Positions 12,509 through 24,600 of a stretch of 64,000 nucleotides of DNA are shown here, piece by piece (the first letter of the stretch is position 1; every line of letters starts with the position of its first letter). A program made the position numbers and the translations under genes. The DNA is from Alloascoidea hylecoeti. Taxonomy: Eukaryota. The stretch covers positions 150,194-214,193 of the forward strand of contig BCKZ01000009.1 in NCBI GenBank assembly GCA_001600815.1, in the 5' to 3' direction. Under the pieces are notes generated by a model, which saw nothing but the letters and a program-made list of their open reading frames with translations, had not been told where the DNA came from and did no database searches.

Positions 12509-13116
12509 ATATTTTATATCACAATTGAAATATTACTAAATAATGGAAACTTATAACAGCGTGATAACAATCAAATTAATATTTATTTATCACAATATTA
12601 ATTGAAACTTATAACAACATAATATTATTGAAAACTTATGTTTCACTATTATTATTAGTACCCTTTTTATTTTTTTATTTTTTTATTTTACTTGATTTTT
12701 GAATTTATGGTAAATTGTGTTTTAACTTATATTAACTTAACTTAACAATATCTTAGAAAATTTAATCTAATTTTTAAATTTCCCTTAATTCTTGCTTTTC
12801 TTATAACGTTAGTTTTATTTCCTCTTCTCTTTTTCTTTTTTTTCTTTTATTTGTTTTAAGATTACTTCAATTGTTCATTTTCAATTGTAGTCTTTACTAT
12901 TGTTTATTTGTTTGTTTTACAGTACATCACAAAAACGAAAAAATTTGAAAAAAATTTGAAAACCCTGAAAAAAAAACATCTTTCATTATATTAATTTATA
13001 ATTATTATCAAAAATATGCTAAAAAAATTTTTAAAAAAACACCATAAAAAACTCAAAAAAAACACCAAAAAAGAAAAAAAAATATATTATTGAATTAATT
13101 GGCATGCTCTTTCTGA

Positions 13117-13284
13117 TATTTTATTTTATTTTATTTTATTTTATTTTATTTTATTTTATTTTATTTTATTTTATTTTATTTTATTTTATTTTATTTTATT
13201 TTATTTTATTTTATTTTATTTTATTTTATTTTATTTTATTTTATTTTATTTTATTTTATTTTATTTTATTTTATTTTATTTTAT
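13117..13284. repeat. (TTTTA)n pentanucleotide microsatellite, ~33 copies
   Basis: Perfect array visible. Confidence 0.97.
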
Positions 13285-14041
13285 AATTACAATTTAGAAT
13301 TATATTTGAAATTTCACGATTTTATAGTTTTTTTTTCCTTTCTATCAACTATTAAAATCTTTTTTTTTTTTTTTAATATACTTTTTTTCTTTTTTTCCAG
13401 TATAAATATCTTTTTTATCATCCCTTTCTTGGCCTTTTTATCAATTTAAAGGTTAAGTTAAGCAAATGAAGTTCATTTCTACAGATGTATAAATTTCCCC
13501 ACCTCTCATTACATTCGTTCAAAATTTTTAAATATTAAATCAAATTCAATTCAAAACACTAACTATTTAATATTTGTGTGAGAAGGCTATCGGGGAAAAT
13601 CGTTTAAATTAATACTTATTGGATCATGATTTCAAATTGAAGTGCGAAAAAGAATGATTCTTTTTTTTTTTTGAATTTTTTTTTTTTTTTTACCTAAATA
13701 GATAAACAATGTGAATGTTAGTCCTGTGGATATTAGTTCTATTAATTAATGTGGTTTTTATATTAATTATGGGATAGGATACAAATACCTTATCTCAATC
13801 AATCGCAAAATTATTTCAAATTGCGACTTTTTCACTTTTATAAGATTATAGAAGGTTACTTTATGTTTTTCTTTTTAGTATTAATGTTAATATAATTTTT
13901 TTTTGTGAATAATCGATATCTATATCAAATTTAAATTCTCACTTTATAAAAAGCATCCACAATCAATAGTTCCAATTAGATTGGAGATCTATTGGCAAAA
14001 TCCTCATGAGATATACATACTAGTAGAACTACACACCAAGT

Positions 14042-14114
14042 ATTCCAATTATTTTCGGCCACAAGATGAACTAGATTTTGGGCCACCTTTCAAACTAAAT
14101 AATCGGCCATGTTG
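14042..14114 (+). repeat. Solo arm of the dispersed TCGGCCA sub-repeat element
   Basis: ATTTTCGGCCAC (14051), ATTTTGGGCCAC (14075) and AATCGGCCATGTTG (14101) at ~24-nt spacing; collinear with the arm at 52008-52075. Confidence 0.6.
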
Positions 14115-15022
14115 TGTCGGCTTCAGAGAAGAAATCCACAAAACTAGTAGGTAAAGGTTTGTGCGGTTCAAATTTAATAAAGATTCTAAATCAATTCTAT
14201 GGGAAAAAATACCTAAATAAAACAATCTTGTAAGTTATATCAAAAAGTGTAATTAAAGATAATCATAAGAGGGTTAACATTAAAAATGATCATCTTGAAG
14301 AGTAATTACAAAAGACATATAGAAAGAAATATGGGAATCATAAATCCATACATGACCAAACCTCTTAGTTATTAAAAAAATAACTACTTAATTTTAAGAT
14401 ATCAGAAAGATTCACAATCTTTTTTTGAGACCTAATTATAGGTAAATAAAATGAAATTAGTAGAAGTGTGTGTACTACATACCAATTTAAGATAAACATT
14501 GAATCCGGCGTAATAAGAATAAATAAAAATTCAGAAATAGCAAATATTATAGCACTAATGAAATGTAATTGTTACTGGAATGAAAGAAATAGCAGCCCAG
14601 TTAAATATCACCAAAAGGAAGGATGTGTGTATAATCAATAAATTGCAAAATATAATCATAATTTTATAAGTTTACAGCAGAAACTTGGACATGTTAGATC
14701 TAACACAGGATGTAAGCCTATGTTAATATTGTGAGGGAAAGTTATCATGAATCTACATGAGAAAATTATCAAAAAAACTCTTAGGTAGGTTAGATTAGAG
14801 AAAAGAGTGGTATTCTTCTATCTGTGTTTTATTCGAGTAAAAGATTGCTGCCCTTAGATAAAGCAAGAGGCACAATATTACAACATGAAGCTTGCTTTTC
14901 TTTTTTTATTACCACTTTTTGGTATAATTTTATTTTCAATTAATATTACTTTTAAATGTTCGTTATTATTGTCAATTTTACAAAACAGAGAAGAAGAGAA
15001 ATAGTAATAATATACGTTTATA

Positions 15023-15607
15023 TTAATTGACTATCCTTTTAAATTCAAAATCACCACTTCTTCCTCCTGCTTTTTTTAAAACTTTAACATCGCTTATCAC
15101 CATCTGCTTATCAACTGCTTTACACATGTCATAAACCGTCGCCAGAGATGACAAAACACCCATTATTGCTTCCATTTCAACTCCCGTCTTTCCATCGCAT
15201 TCAACTGTGCATGTGGATATCACTCGATTGTATTTGGAAACAATTAGTTCGTTTGTAATTCTGGTTACCGGGATAGGATGACAAAGGGGAATTATACTTG
15301 ATGTATTCTTAACTGCCATTATTCCAGCGATCCGAGCAACTCCAAGCACATCGCCTTTCTTCATTGTATTAGAATTGATAAGATTGGATACTACAGGGTT
15401 GCTGAATTGAATAAAGCCTTCTGCTGTTGCTGTTCGGTGTGTAATCTCTTTTTCACGAATGTCCACCATATGTGCTGATCCATCCTCTGTTATATGTGTC
15501 AATTTGTCCAATTTATTATTCTTATTATTATGTACAATACATGATGTGAATGATCTAACGCTATTCGTGAAAGATTTTGCTGATGGTAATAAGAGTCTAT
15601 ATCTCAT
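15023..15607 (-). CDS. moaC: Molybdenum cofactor biosynthesis protein C (MoaC, cPMP synthase) with a probable mitochondrial presequence
   Basis: LTH....G.AHMVDI, KKGDVL.VARIAGIMA.K.TS.IIPLCHP, GKTGVEMEA, YDMCKAVD and K.GGRSG motifs; R/S/L-rich N-terminus. Confidence 0.95.
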   Translation of the reverse strand: MRYRLLLPSAKSFTNSVRSFTSCIVHNNKNNKLDKLTHITEDGSAHMVDIREKEITHRTATAEGFIQFSNPVVSNLINSNTMKKGDVLGVARIAGIMAVKNTSSIIPLCHPIPVTRITNELIVSKYNRVISTCTVECDGKTGVEMEAIMGVLSSLATVYDMCKAVDKQMVISDVKVLKKAGGRSGDFEFKRIVN

Positions 15608-17126
15608 ATTTATAAAAAATATTTTGGTTGATGAATTCTTAAAAAATCGAGGAGGCTTTATCGGATTATCTAACCACCAACCATGATCATGGGCCGATTC
15701 ATTTTCTCAAGTTCTTCAACTTCACCATATTTTTCTTTTTTCACGCTTAGTAGGTTACTATGTATGTAGTAAGTCCTATTCTTTCTAATTGACCCTTATT
15801 AGCTCTCGAAAATATATTGGACTTTATTAGCTTCAAATAGAAAATTTTAAAACTTCTATTGCAAGCACTACAAAAACGAGAAAGTCATAGATGTAATCAA
15901 CCCTATTTTACCCATATATTCTGGTATTTTATAAGTTCTTGAAGTGTTCCCATATTTATATTATAAAAGGGGTCTTTTGACTAAATAACAATATTCAATA
16001 AAAAGACTTCTTAAGGGTTTGTATTTCGTCATTACGACAAAATTTAGAATCTCATCTTTGTTAAAAATTCTCAAACGACAACTTTAATCTCAATTGATGT
16101 ATTATACATAATAAATCGTAAACCACTATAAATACCATTCCGTCTTGTAATAAATGTGTATTCCCCATCAATTAATATATTTATGTAAGTAAATCCATAT
16201 TTCTTTAAAGCTGGTAGTTTGTTACTATTATATAGAACTTTATAATTACATCCGAAAATACAAAAATATATATAGCAATATTCACTTTTAATTTTTTCCT
16301 GTCTTACTCTTTATACTATGATTGCGAGGCTTAAAACTCATATGTTGCGAAATTAATTATTCTTAGAGGACGCTTATTTTCTATTTTTATACGAAACTAA
16401 GTATACACCCCATTGGTTTCATACAGTACAATATATATCTATTGTTTTCGCACACTCTAGAGTAGTACACGCAAAAAATAAGTGCTCACTAAAACCACCA
16501 TCAGCACCACAAATGAGTATTAATTCACTAGATATTCTGTATATATAAACTGCTAATCCTAATAAATTATTCTGTAAATTTTTATAAAGTTGTCTTTTTT
16601 TATTTCAAAGTTGGAAGGTACTTCTTTTTCGCTCAAATCCTATTCATCTCTACTTTGAGATGTTTTCCTCTAACCTGCACATCACTAACTACTGGATCTT
16701 CATTAAGTAACTTGGTCATGTATTTTATATTGCCTGTTTTAAGTCACTCCGGCCTCCAAAAGATCTGATGTTTTATAAGACTCTTTTGATTCATCTTTAT
16801 TTTAAAGTCATCTTGCGTATTTAATATTCTTCATCGAGCTTTAGAAAGTTATCATCTGGATATGGTGTGTTTGATTAAGAATTTCTCTAACCAGTAGAAA
16901 CAATCCTGAATGATGAATCAATATTAACAAATAAAGGTAATTAAATTACTTTGTAACTACTGTATATAAAAATATCATTATTATTTTTAATCTTGATTAT
17001 AACCTATTGCGAAATTTTAACTTTTTATTATAAATGATGGAAATTTATGTATGCGAGTCCCAATATATATTCTAATCTATATTAAATGATCTATAAAATA
17101 ATGTTGATAATTATATAGGATAGTAA

Positions 17127-18589
17127 TTATTTCAACAATTCGTCAATTACTTCTCCCCAAATTTTAGCACCTTTTTCAATTTGATCCAATTCCAAATAAC
17201 TAACACTTAACCTAACACTTTTTTTACCCCAATGTTTTTCATCTCCAGTAACTTCAAATTCATCACCATTCGCCAAAATAACACCACGTTCTGAACATTT
17301 CTTACATATAACTCGAGCATCTAAACCCAATGAATCAGGGATTGTAACCCATAAGAAATATCCACCATATCCACCTTCAACTAAAGTTCCTTTAGGAAGG
17401 TATTTATTTAAACATTCTTTTAAAAACGAGGATCTTTTTGAATAAGTATCTTTTAAATTTTCAATTATTGAATCTAATAAACCTTCTTTGATTAATGTAG
17501 CAACGATAAATGAATTTAACTGAGAGGGAGATCCACCTGATTTATTAGCTCCGCCAATTGCGAGCAATTCCGCTAGATAGGAAGTAGGGGTTTCTTGCCA
17601 TCCAACACGTAGCCCAGGACCAGCTAATTTTGAAAAGGTAAGATTAGAAATAGTGTTCCCTGGTGGGACCGGATATGAACTTTTTTCATTGGGTTCTGCA
17701 TATTTAATTGTATCAGCATCTAATGTCACAAACCTAGGAATTGGATGATTGAATGCAGTTAAATATGGTGGGGTTTCGTAGGCTAGTAAATCATAAACAT
17801 CGTCACTGATTATTAATATATCATGTTTTCTAGCTAAGTCGAGTAACTTTTTGCGAGTTTCTAGAGAGAAAACACCACCTCTTGGATTTGAGTAAGTTGG
17901 AACACAATACATCACATAGCGGTATACTTTTTTGGTAGGACGTGCTGGATCATCAATTGTATTGAAGGGGGCCCTACCTTTATTCCAAGTCCCTTGGTGG
18001 ATGTGATCTTTATCATCTTCTACCGGGAATTTCGGATCAGGTAAAGAATCGTAATATTCCAATCGATTGATAAGATATTCGAAATCGACAACTCCATTCT
18101 CTTCTTCATCAATTGCAGTCAACTTTCCACCAAATCCAGCATCATAGAAAGTGGCATTTATAAGATAGTAAGTGGGGGAGATGATGAAGGCTTGTTTAGT
18201 ATAAGTGTAAGGACAGGTGGTTTGTGCTAAGATGTTCATGATTCCATAACTAGCACCACCAGTTAAAACCAGACGATCACTACATTTACACAAAAGGGAA
18301 ATATTAGTATCAATTGCTTTGCTTTGTTAGTACATATAAATCAAGCAAATACTTACGGAGTAATACTTCCTTTGTCTAGGCCAAAAACCCTTCCGCTCCA
18401 ATCTGCGATTGTTGATCTCACCCATTTAGAGCCCAAATCTGAGCCGTATGTCAATGGATGTCTATCTTCCTCCAGGGTATCTCCAGGTCTTTCGGAAGAA
18501 AGCAAAATTGTTGAAGCTTTAAGAACCTCCGCTGAAGGAAGAAGCCTGTTTGTGGGGTGGCCACGGAAGAAATTTATGGATCCAGACAT
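17127..18589 (-). CDS. Class I PLP-dependent aminotransferase, YER152C-like; exons 18589-18357 and 18279-17127
   Basis: INFFRGHP, PLTYG.D.G, LTGGAS, ISDDVYD and TFSKLAGPGLRVGW motifs. GTAAGT..TACTAAT..TAG intron joins two ORFs in frame. Confidence 0.9.
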
Positions 18590-18867
18590 TATCTACAGTA
18601 TAAAGATGAGAAGGTTTGATTTTCCGGTTTTAGTGAAGTTATATCCGGTCCGAATGGTGTTTCAGCTCGTGACACATCGGATGCATACCGGAACCTTATA
18701 TGCATACTAAGATACGAAGATACGAGAACGTTATCCGGCAGCTGATAGCGTGCGGCATAACAAACCGCCATATAAAAATTGTATAAAGTCTCTTTTGAAA
18801 ATCTCTTGAAGATCCTATAATCACTTCTTATTCTTTTGAAAAAATAGTTGGAATCTAAACATATAAC

Positions 18868-19491
18868 ATGGTCAACTTTGACTGGACTATCCTGCTTCCA
18901 GTAGCATTCAAAAACTCTCTCTTCTATCATTTCATTTCACCAGATGAAGCAAAAGACATTGCCCAAGAACTGTGGTTTCCAATAATACTTGTTCTTGGCT
19001 CTTTTTTCAAAATATTTCTTTCCTTAATGCATAAAAGATTATTTAAGAAAAATGGAGGGAAACTTGACAACATCAAAGAAAAATGTGAGCATGCAGTTAA
19101 TTTCATCAATCTAAGCACCAGAGCTGTTGGATCCTCTGGAGTGAATATCATTGGTACCGGATATGCCATCTACGAAGTATATAATGCCTATATTAAATTC
19201 TTGGAGGATTATCCTGCCCAGTGTTTAACAGAAGGTTCTTCTGAAATTACTTGTCCTTACAGTGTGCATCATAAATTAATGGCTACAATGGTGACCGAAA
19301 TTGTGGTCAAGCTCCTTCTTCCTTTATTGCATATTATTGATTTCCTTTTGATTATGACCGAAACAGATGATGAAGCTGAACAGAAGACAGAAGTCCCAGA
19401 TCTCAATAAGAGTGTTGGATCTTCCAACTTAAGAGAACAGTTAAGAGAGTTGTACAAGCGAAAAGAGGATGAGAAGAAAAAGAACGCATGA
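18868..19491 (+). CDS. Unknown 207-aa membrane protein with a charged C-terminal helix and KKxx end
   Basis: ATG-initiated ORF, ~3 hydrophobic segments, ends KKKNA. Confidence 0.7.
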   Translation: MVNFDWTILLPVAFKNSLFYHFISPDEAKDIAQELWFPIILVLGSFFKIFLSLMHKRLFKKNGGKLDNIKEKCEHAVNFINLSTRAVGSSGVNIIGTGYAIYEVYNAYIKFLEDYPAQCLTEGSSEITCPYSVHHKLMATMVTEIVVKLLLPLLHIIDFLLIMTETDDEAEQKTEVPDLNKSVGSSNLREQLRELYKRKEDEKKKNA

Positions 19492-19973
19492 GTTTATTAT
19501 GTATTAGATATATAGACATATAGATATTAATATTTGTTTGAATTTACCATTTTCAGTTAATTTTTTCCCATTAAACCTGACGTTTTGAGCATCCACGCGT
19601 ATCTAAGTGTGCAAGAATATATGTCGATAAAAAATAAGAACTTTAAACAAGAATGTCTGTAATATGGAAAACACAATAATCAATAACTTAATCAAAAATG
19701 GAAAATTCTCTGGAACGGATCTATATCACGACTCTTATGATTCTTAGATGAAATGATAACTTGTTATAAATTAAAGATTTCTCTTGTCTAGACCAAAACT
19801 TGATTTATTCAAAATCTCTATTAAAAGTGTACTTTTCATATCTGTAATCCGTAAATTTAGGGAATTTTCTCCCGGGAATGTCAGTCCCATACGACAAGAT
19901 ATAAAGTTACCCTACTCTCCCAACTCCAAACAGAAACTTTTCAACCTTCAACGATTCTCGTGGATTACTATAA

Positions 19974-21186
19974 ATGTTAAGGCAGACTCTACTGAGAGAC
20001 CTGCGAACCGTATGTACATATATATGTCTGTCTTAAAGTGTCATGCTGTTAACTATGGGAGTAGATTCAGCCTAGAGGCTTCCGATTAGGGAGAGTTGGA
20101 ATTCGATCAGCCCCATTAATTTCAACAACTCAATTTAAATCTGTCCGTTATAATTCTACTGGTCCAAGCACCTCGGAAGTTGTCTCTCAAATTTCCGATT
20201 CTTTACAATCCTTTTCATCCGATGCTGTGGAAACTACTAGTAGAGTTATTGGCGAGGCCTCGCAACATATTGGATATATGAACTCTGTTGGGCTAGCTCA
20301 AAGTTGGTGGTGGCCTCCAGATCTTATTCAACATGTTCTTGAATATGTGCATGTCTATAGTGGATTGCCTTGGTGGGCTACCATTGCTGTTACAACCATT
20401 GGGATTCGTGTTTTGTTATTTCCTTTATATGTAAAAGCAAGTGACAATATGGCTAGAATGAACATTATTAAACCTGAAATTGAAAAACTTACTGCAGACT
20501 ACAAAAAAGCATATGGTGATCCAGTTCAACTTACTAAATTTAATTTTCAAAGGAAAAAAGTTATGAATAAAGCTGGTGTTAATTCCTTATGGATGATAGC
20601 TCCATTAGCTCAATTTCCTGTTGCAATTGGAATGTTCGCTGGATTGAGATCAATGGCCTTGATTCCAGTTGATGGCTTACAGAATCAAGGTATTCTATGG
20701 TTTACCGATTTATCTGCTGCTGATCCATATTTAGGTTTACAATGTTTAACTGCTGCTATATTTATTACTTTTATGAGATTTGGAGGCGAAACTGGTGCCA
20801 ATGTTTATTCTCCTCAAATGAAAAGAATTTTAACTTTCTTACCTTTAGTATCTATTCCAGTGACAATGTCTTTATCTGCTGATATTATTGTATATTTTTT
20901 TGTCAATGGTGTACTTGGATTGGTTCAAGGTCTATTGTTAAAGAGTAAGACTTTTAGAAAACTTTTAAAAATGGCCCCAAATATCCCTCCTCCACCTTCC
21001 AAAACTGAAACTAAAGGTTTTGTAGGAGACTTACAAGAATCTTACAATAGTTTCCGAGAAAAAGCTGAACAAAAAGCTGAAGAAGGCCGTGCACAAGAAT
21101 TAATAAAACAAAAACAAATAAGGAGAAAAGAAAATAATAATACAGTTGTTATAAAAAGAAGAAGAAAGCCATCTGATGATAAATGA
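19974..21186 (+). CDS. OXA1: Mitochondrial inner-membrane insertase OXA1; exons 19974-20009 and 20065-21186
   Basis: WWWPPD..QH.LE.VH.YSGLPWWATI...TI..R..LFPL and WF.DL...DPY motifs. Presequence exon MLRQTLLRDLRT then a GTATGT..TAG intron. Confidence 0.93.
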
Positions 21187-21693
21187 TTAAATTCGTTTAA
21201 TTACTATTAACTAACTAGTTTATATATATGTATATAGTATATCATTTTTATCGAAGAAACATTATATATAATAATATATTTTCATTGATAAAAACTATTA
21301 ATTATCATAACAGATTAAATAATAATAATATTAATAATATCAATAAATTGAAAAATTGTATACAAAATCTTGTTGAAGCATAACAAAAAGCAGAAATCAA
21401 AAAATCAAAAACAAAAGGATTATATTGATGTAATTTAAAGTCAAAAAAAAAAAAATTACTAGCTTCACAAGAATTAAATTAACAAGTAAATCAGAAAAGA
21501 GAAAAAGATTGTCTTTAAAAAAAAAAACAATTCTAAAAATTGATAATAAAAGAAAGAAGTTTAAAAAAACTAGACTATCTAAACTTTTGTAAAGGCAATT
21601 ATTATAATAATAATATACTAACATTTCTGGTTGATTTCTTTTTTGTATTTTTTTTTTTTTTAATTTTTAATCTTTACAAGGAAATTTATTGAT

Positions 21694-24600
21694 TTAATCA
21701 TCATCTTGTTCATCATCATGATCATCATCATGGTCAGAAACTTCAGAGATTTGCGTAAATATTTCGGATGCTTGAGTTATCAATAATTTAAACAATGATT
21801 GAATAGCACCTAATTGATCTGCACTTTCAACAAAACTAACAGAAAAAACAATAGCAAGATTAAGTATATCCATTTTATTCTTTTCACCATTTTCCGAGAT
21901 TTTAACTAAATGTTGGATTAATCTTTCTAATAGATGAAAATTATATATTGGTAATTGTCGTAATGCATCACGAACACTTTCTATTTGTTCTTGTACCTCC
22001 CGTTCTTTGATAGCAGCAACAAATTCTGGGAATAGTTCTTTTGTTAACAAATCAGTAGGTAATTCACGTAGATATAATTTAAAACAGCCAGCCACTGTAT
22101 GTATATCAGACCATTTACGATCTTTCATATCCACATCAAGTCCATCATCAAATGCCTGTTTCAAAGAATCGATATCATTACGGGGACCAGAGAGACGGTA
22201 AATACCTATCTCATTCAAACCACGAAGTTCAATCTCTGTCAACAATTTATCCACAACCTTTGGTAAAACAGTTCCTTCCCTCTCACAAACGACCTTCAAT
22301 GGAACACCAAATATTTTTGTATCTCCACCTTGAACACTTTGAGACATGTAAGCATATTTTTTTGAAATATTGATTGCTTTAACCCATTCATTGGCATCTT
22401 CATTATTTAATCCTTGAAAAGTATACTCACTTCCAGCTTTTAAAGCTATTTTAAACAAACCTTCAAAGTCATTTGAATGAATAATCAATCCATTTGAATC
22501 AGGTATCCTAATTGACAAGACAGGTTTCATAGGAAGATCTGCTACTTGTTTCATGGTAGGTAATGCATCAACAGATACAATCTTATCTTGATGACCAATC
22601 TCAGGATTAATCCCACCAGCTAGAGTCATATTCCCTCCACCTAAAGATTTAACATTTTTGAAAATAGTTCCAATCTTGAAACGGTTTGTACGTTTTAAAG
22701 AAGAACCACCACTTGAATGAATTGATGAACGACTACTACTATTTTGTGATTTTTGTTGTTGAATCATCCTTTTAATTTCACGAGCTTGTCTTTCTAAAAC
22801 TTCCTTATGCTTATTATCTCTTTTCATCTTTTCAATTTCAGCTTCAATATGTCCATAGAAAACTTTAATTACTTGATCAGATCTATAAGATTTCCGTTCT
22901 TTTATAGAAGTTTCACGAGATTCATTAAGATCAGGGAAAACTGTTATAGTTGAATTTTTAATTATAGGAATAACCCTTCCTATTCGTTTAACTTTAACAG
23001 TACTCTTTTTAACCAGTGTTAAAACTGGTATTGCAGTTGAAAGAGATAATCTATTTACATTAAACGTTTCTAAATTATTTGTTTCAACAGATTTTGAAAG
23101 TTTGTTATTGTTATAAATATTACCCATTTCCATAACACTATTAACAATTCCACAAACAAATCGACTTTTATCAAAATTAATTAATTTAGAATTTTCAAGA
23201 GACATATTAGGAACAAAACAAACAGCTTCTAATAATCTTTCAATTATCCAACCAGCACATGGAGTTAAATGTTTTTGTGCATTTTCACTTCTAAGATCTT
23301 CCATTCTAAAAAATGGAATCATTGCAGAAACGGTGAAAGTATGGTTTGAACCAATTAAAGATGCTGCTTTTTTCCAAGAATGTGAGAAATATCTACTCTC
23401 TGGTCTCACTATAGCAGAAGTAATTGCAGTTTCTAAAAATGATGGAATATGTGATTTCGTTAATTGTTGTTCATCAACAGGAAATAGATCTAATTGTGAC
23501 ATTCGACATCTGATAACCCCCAAACTATTTAATAAACCAGTCATTCTTTTAACTCGTTTATCTTTCGAAAGTTTTGGTTCAACAATTGATGTAACAATAG
23601 TTCCAGCAATAGTAGAATGTAGATTTACCAATGCACGTACCGATGATGGAAGAAGTTCAAAAAGTAACTTTTCTTGATCATCACCTGTTAATGATTCCAA
23701 CCACCAATAAATATTTTCAATATGTATATCTTCATCTGTAGCTGTTGAAGAACCTCTAGGTGATTTGAAGTTATAAAAATATGTAGGAATAGCACCTTGA
23801 ACTTCTAAAGCTTCAAATGTCGTCATCCAATCTGAAAAACTTACAGCACTAAATATTTTAGCTATAATAGATTCCATCTTATCAATAAATACTTCAATTT
23901 CATATAAATCTGTAGTCATTGGAATAGTTGGAAGTTGTTCAACAATACTATCAATTGTTGGTATAAACTTTGGTGTTACAACCGGTCTATAAGATTTCTT
24001 AATAAATAATTTCTTTGATTTTTTGTATAACATATAAATAGTTTCATAATATCCTTCAATTTCTTTCATTATATTATGACCATTTTTTTCTTCAATAAGT
24101 AAAAGTCTTTTTTTCCAATCTTCCATTTCTTGTTCCATAATTTTAAGAAAATCTAAAAATAATTCTTTTGAATCTAAATCATTTGTAAAATCAGAATAAT
24201 CATGAGTTATCCATAATATTAATGCTTCTAAAACACCAATTTGAACTTGTGCAACATATCTCCAATTAACATTTTCATTTGAATCATCAATTATATTATC
24301 CCAATCTAAGAAATATCCATGTTCAATAGATGAAACTTGTGATGATATTAATGTTTGTGCTATTTCATTATTATTATTATTATTATTATTATTTTCCTTC
24401 TTTAATTTATCTTGAGCTTCTAATAATCTTGTATTTCTTTGTGATATTGATATTGAAACAGATTTTGCACCAAGAAATCTTCTTCCTAAAGCTTCTAATA
24501 ATAAAATTGATGAACAAAAACTTCTATAAGTTGCAAAAAAAGTAAGTGTATAATCACCCATTTCCATACTTAATTGAGGATATGATAATAAATCCGGAGT

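Noticed and set aside
13104..13286. ORF encoding (FYFIL)n
   Set aside because: Translation of the TTTTA microsatellite
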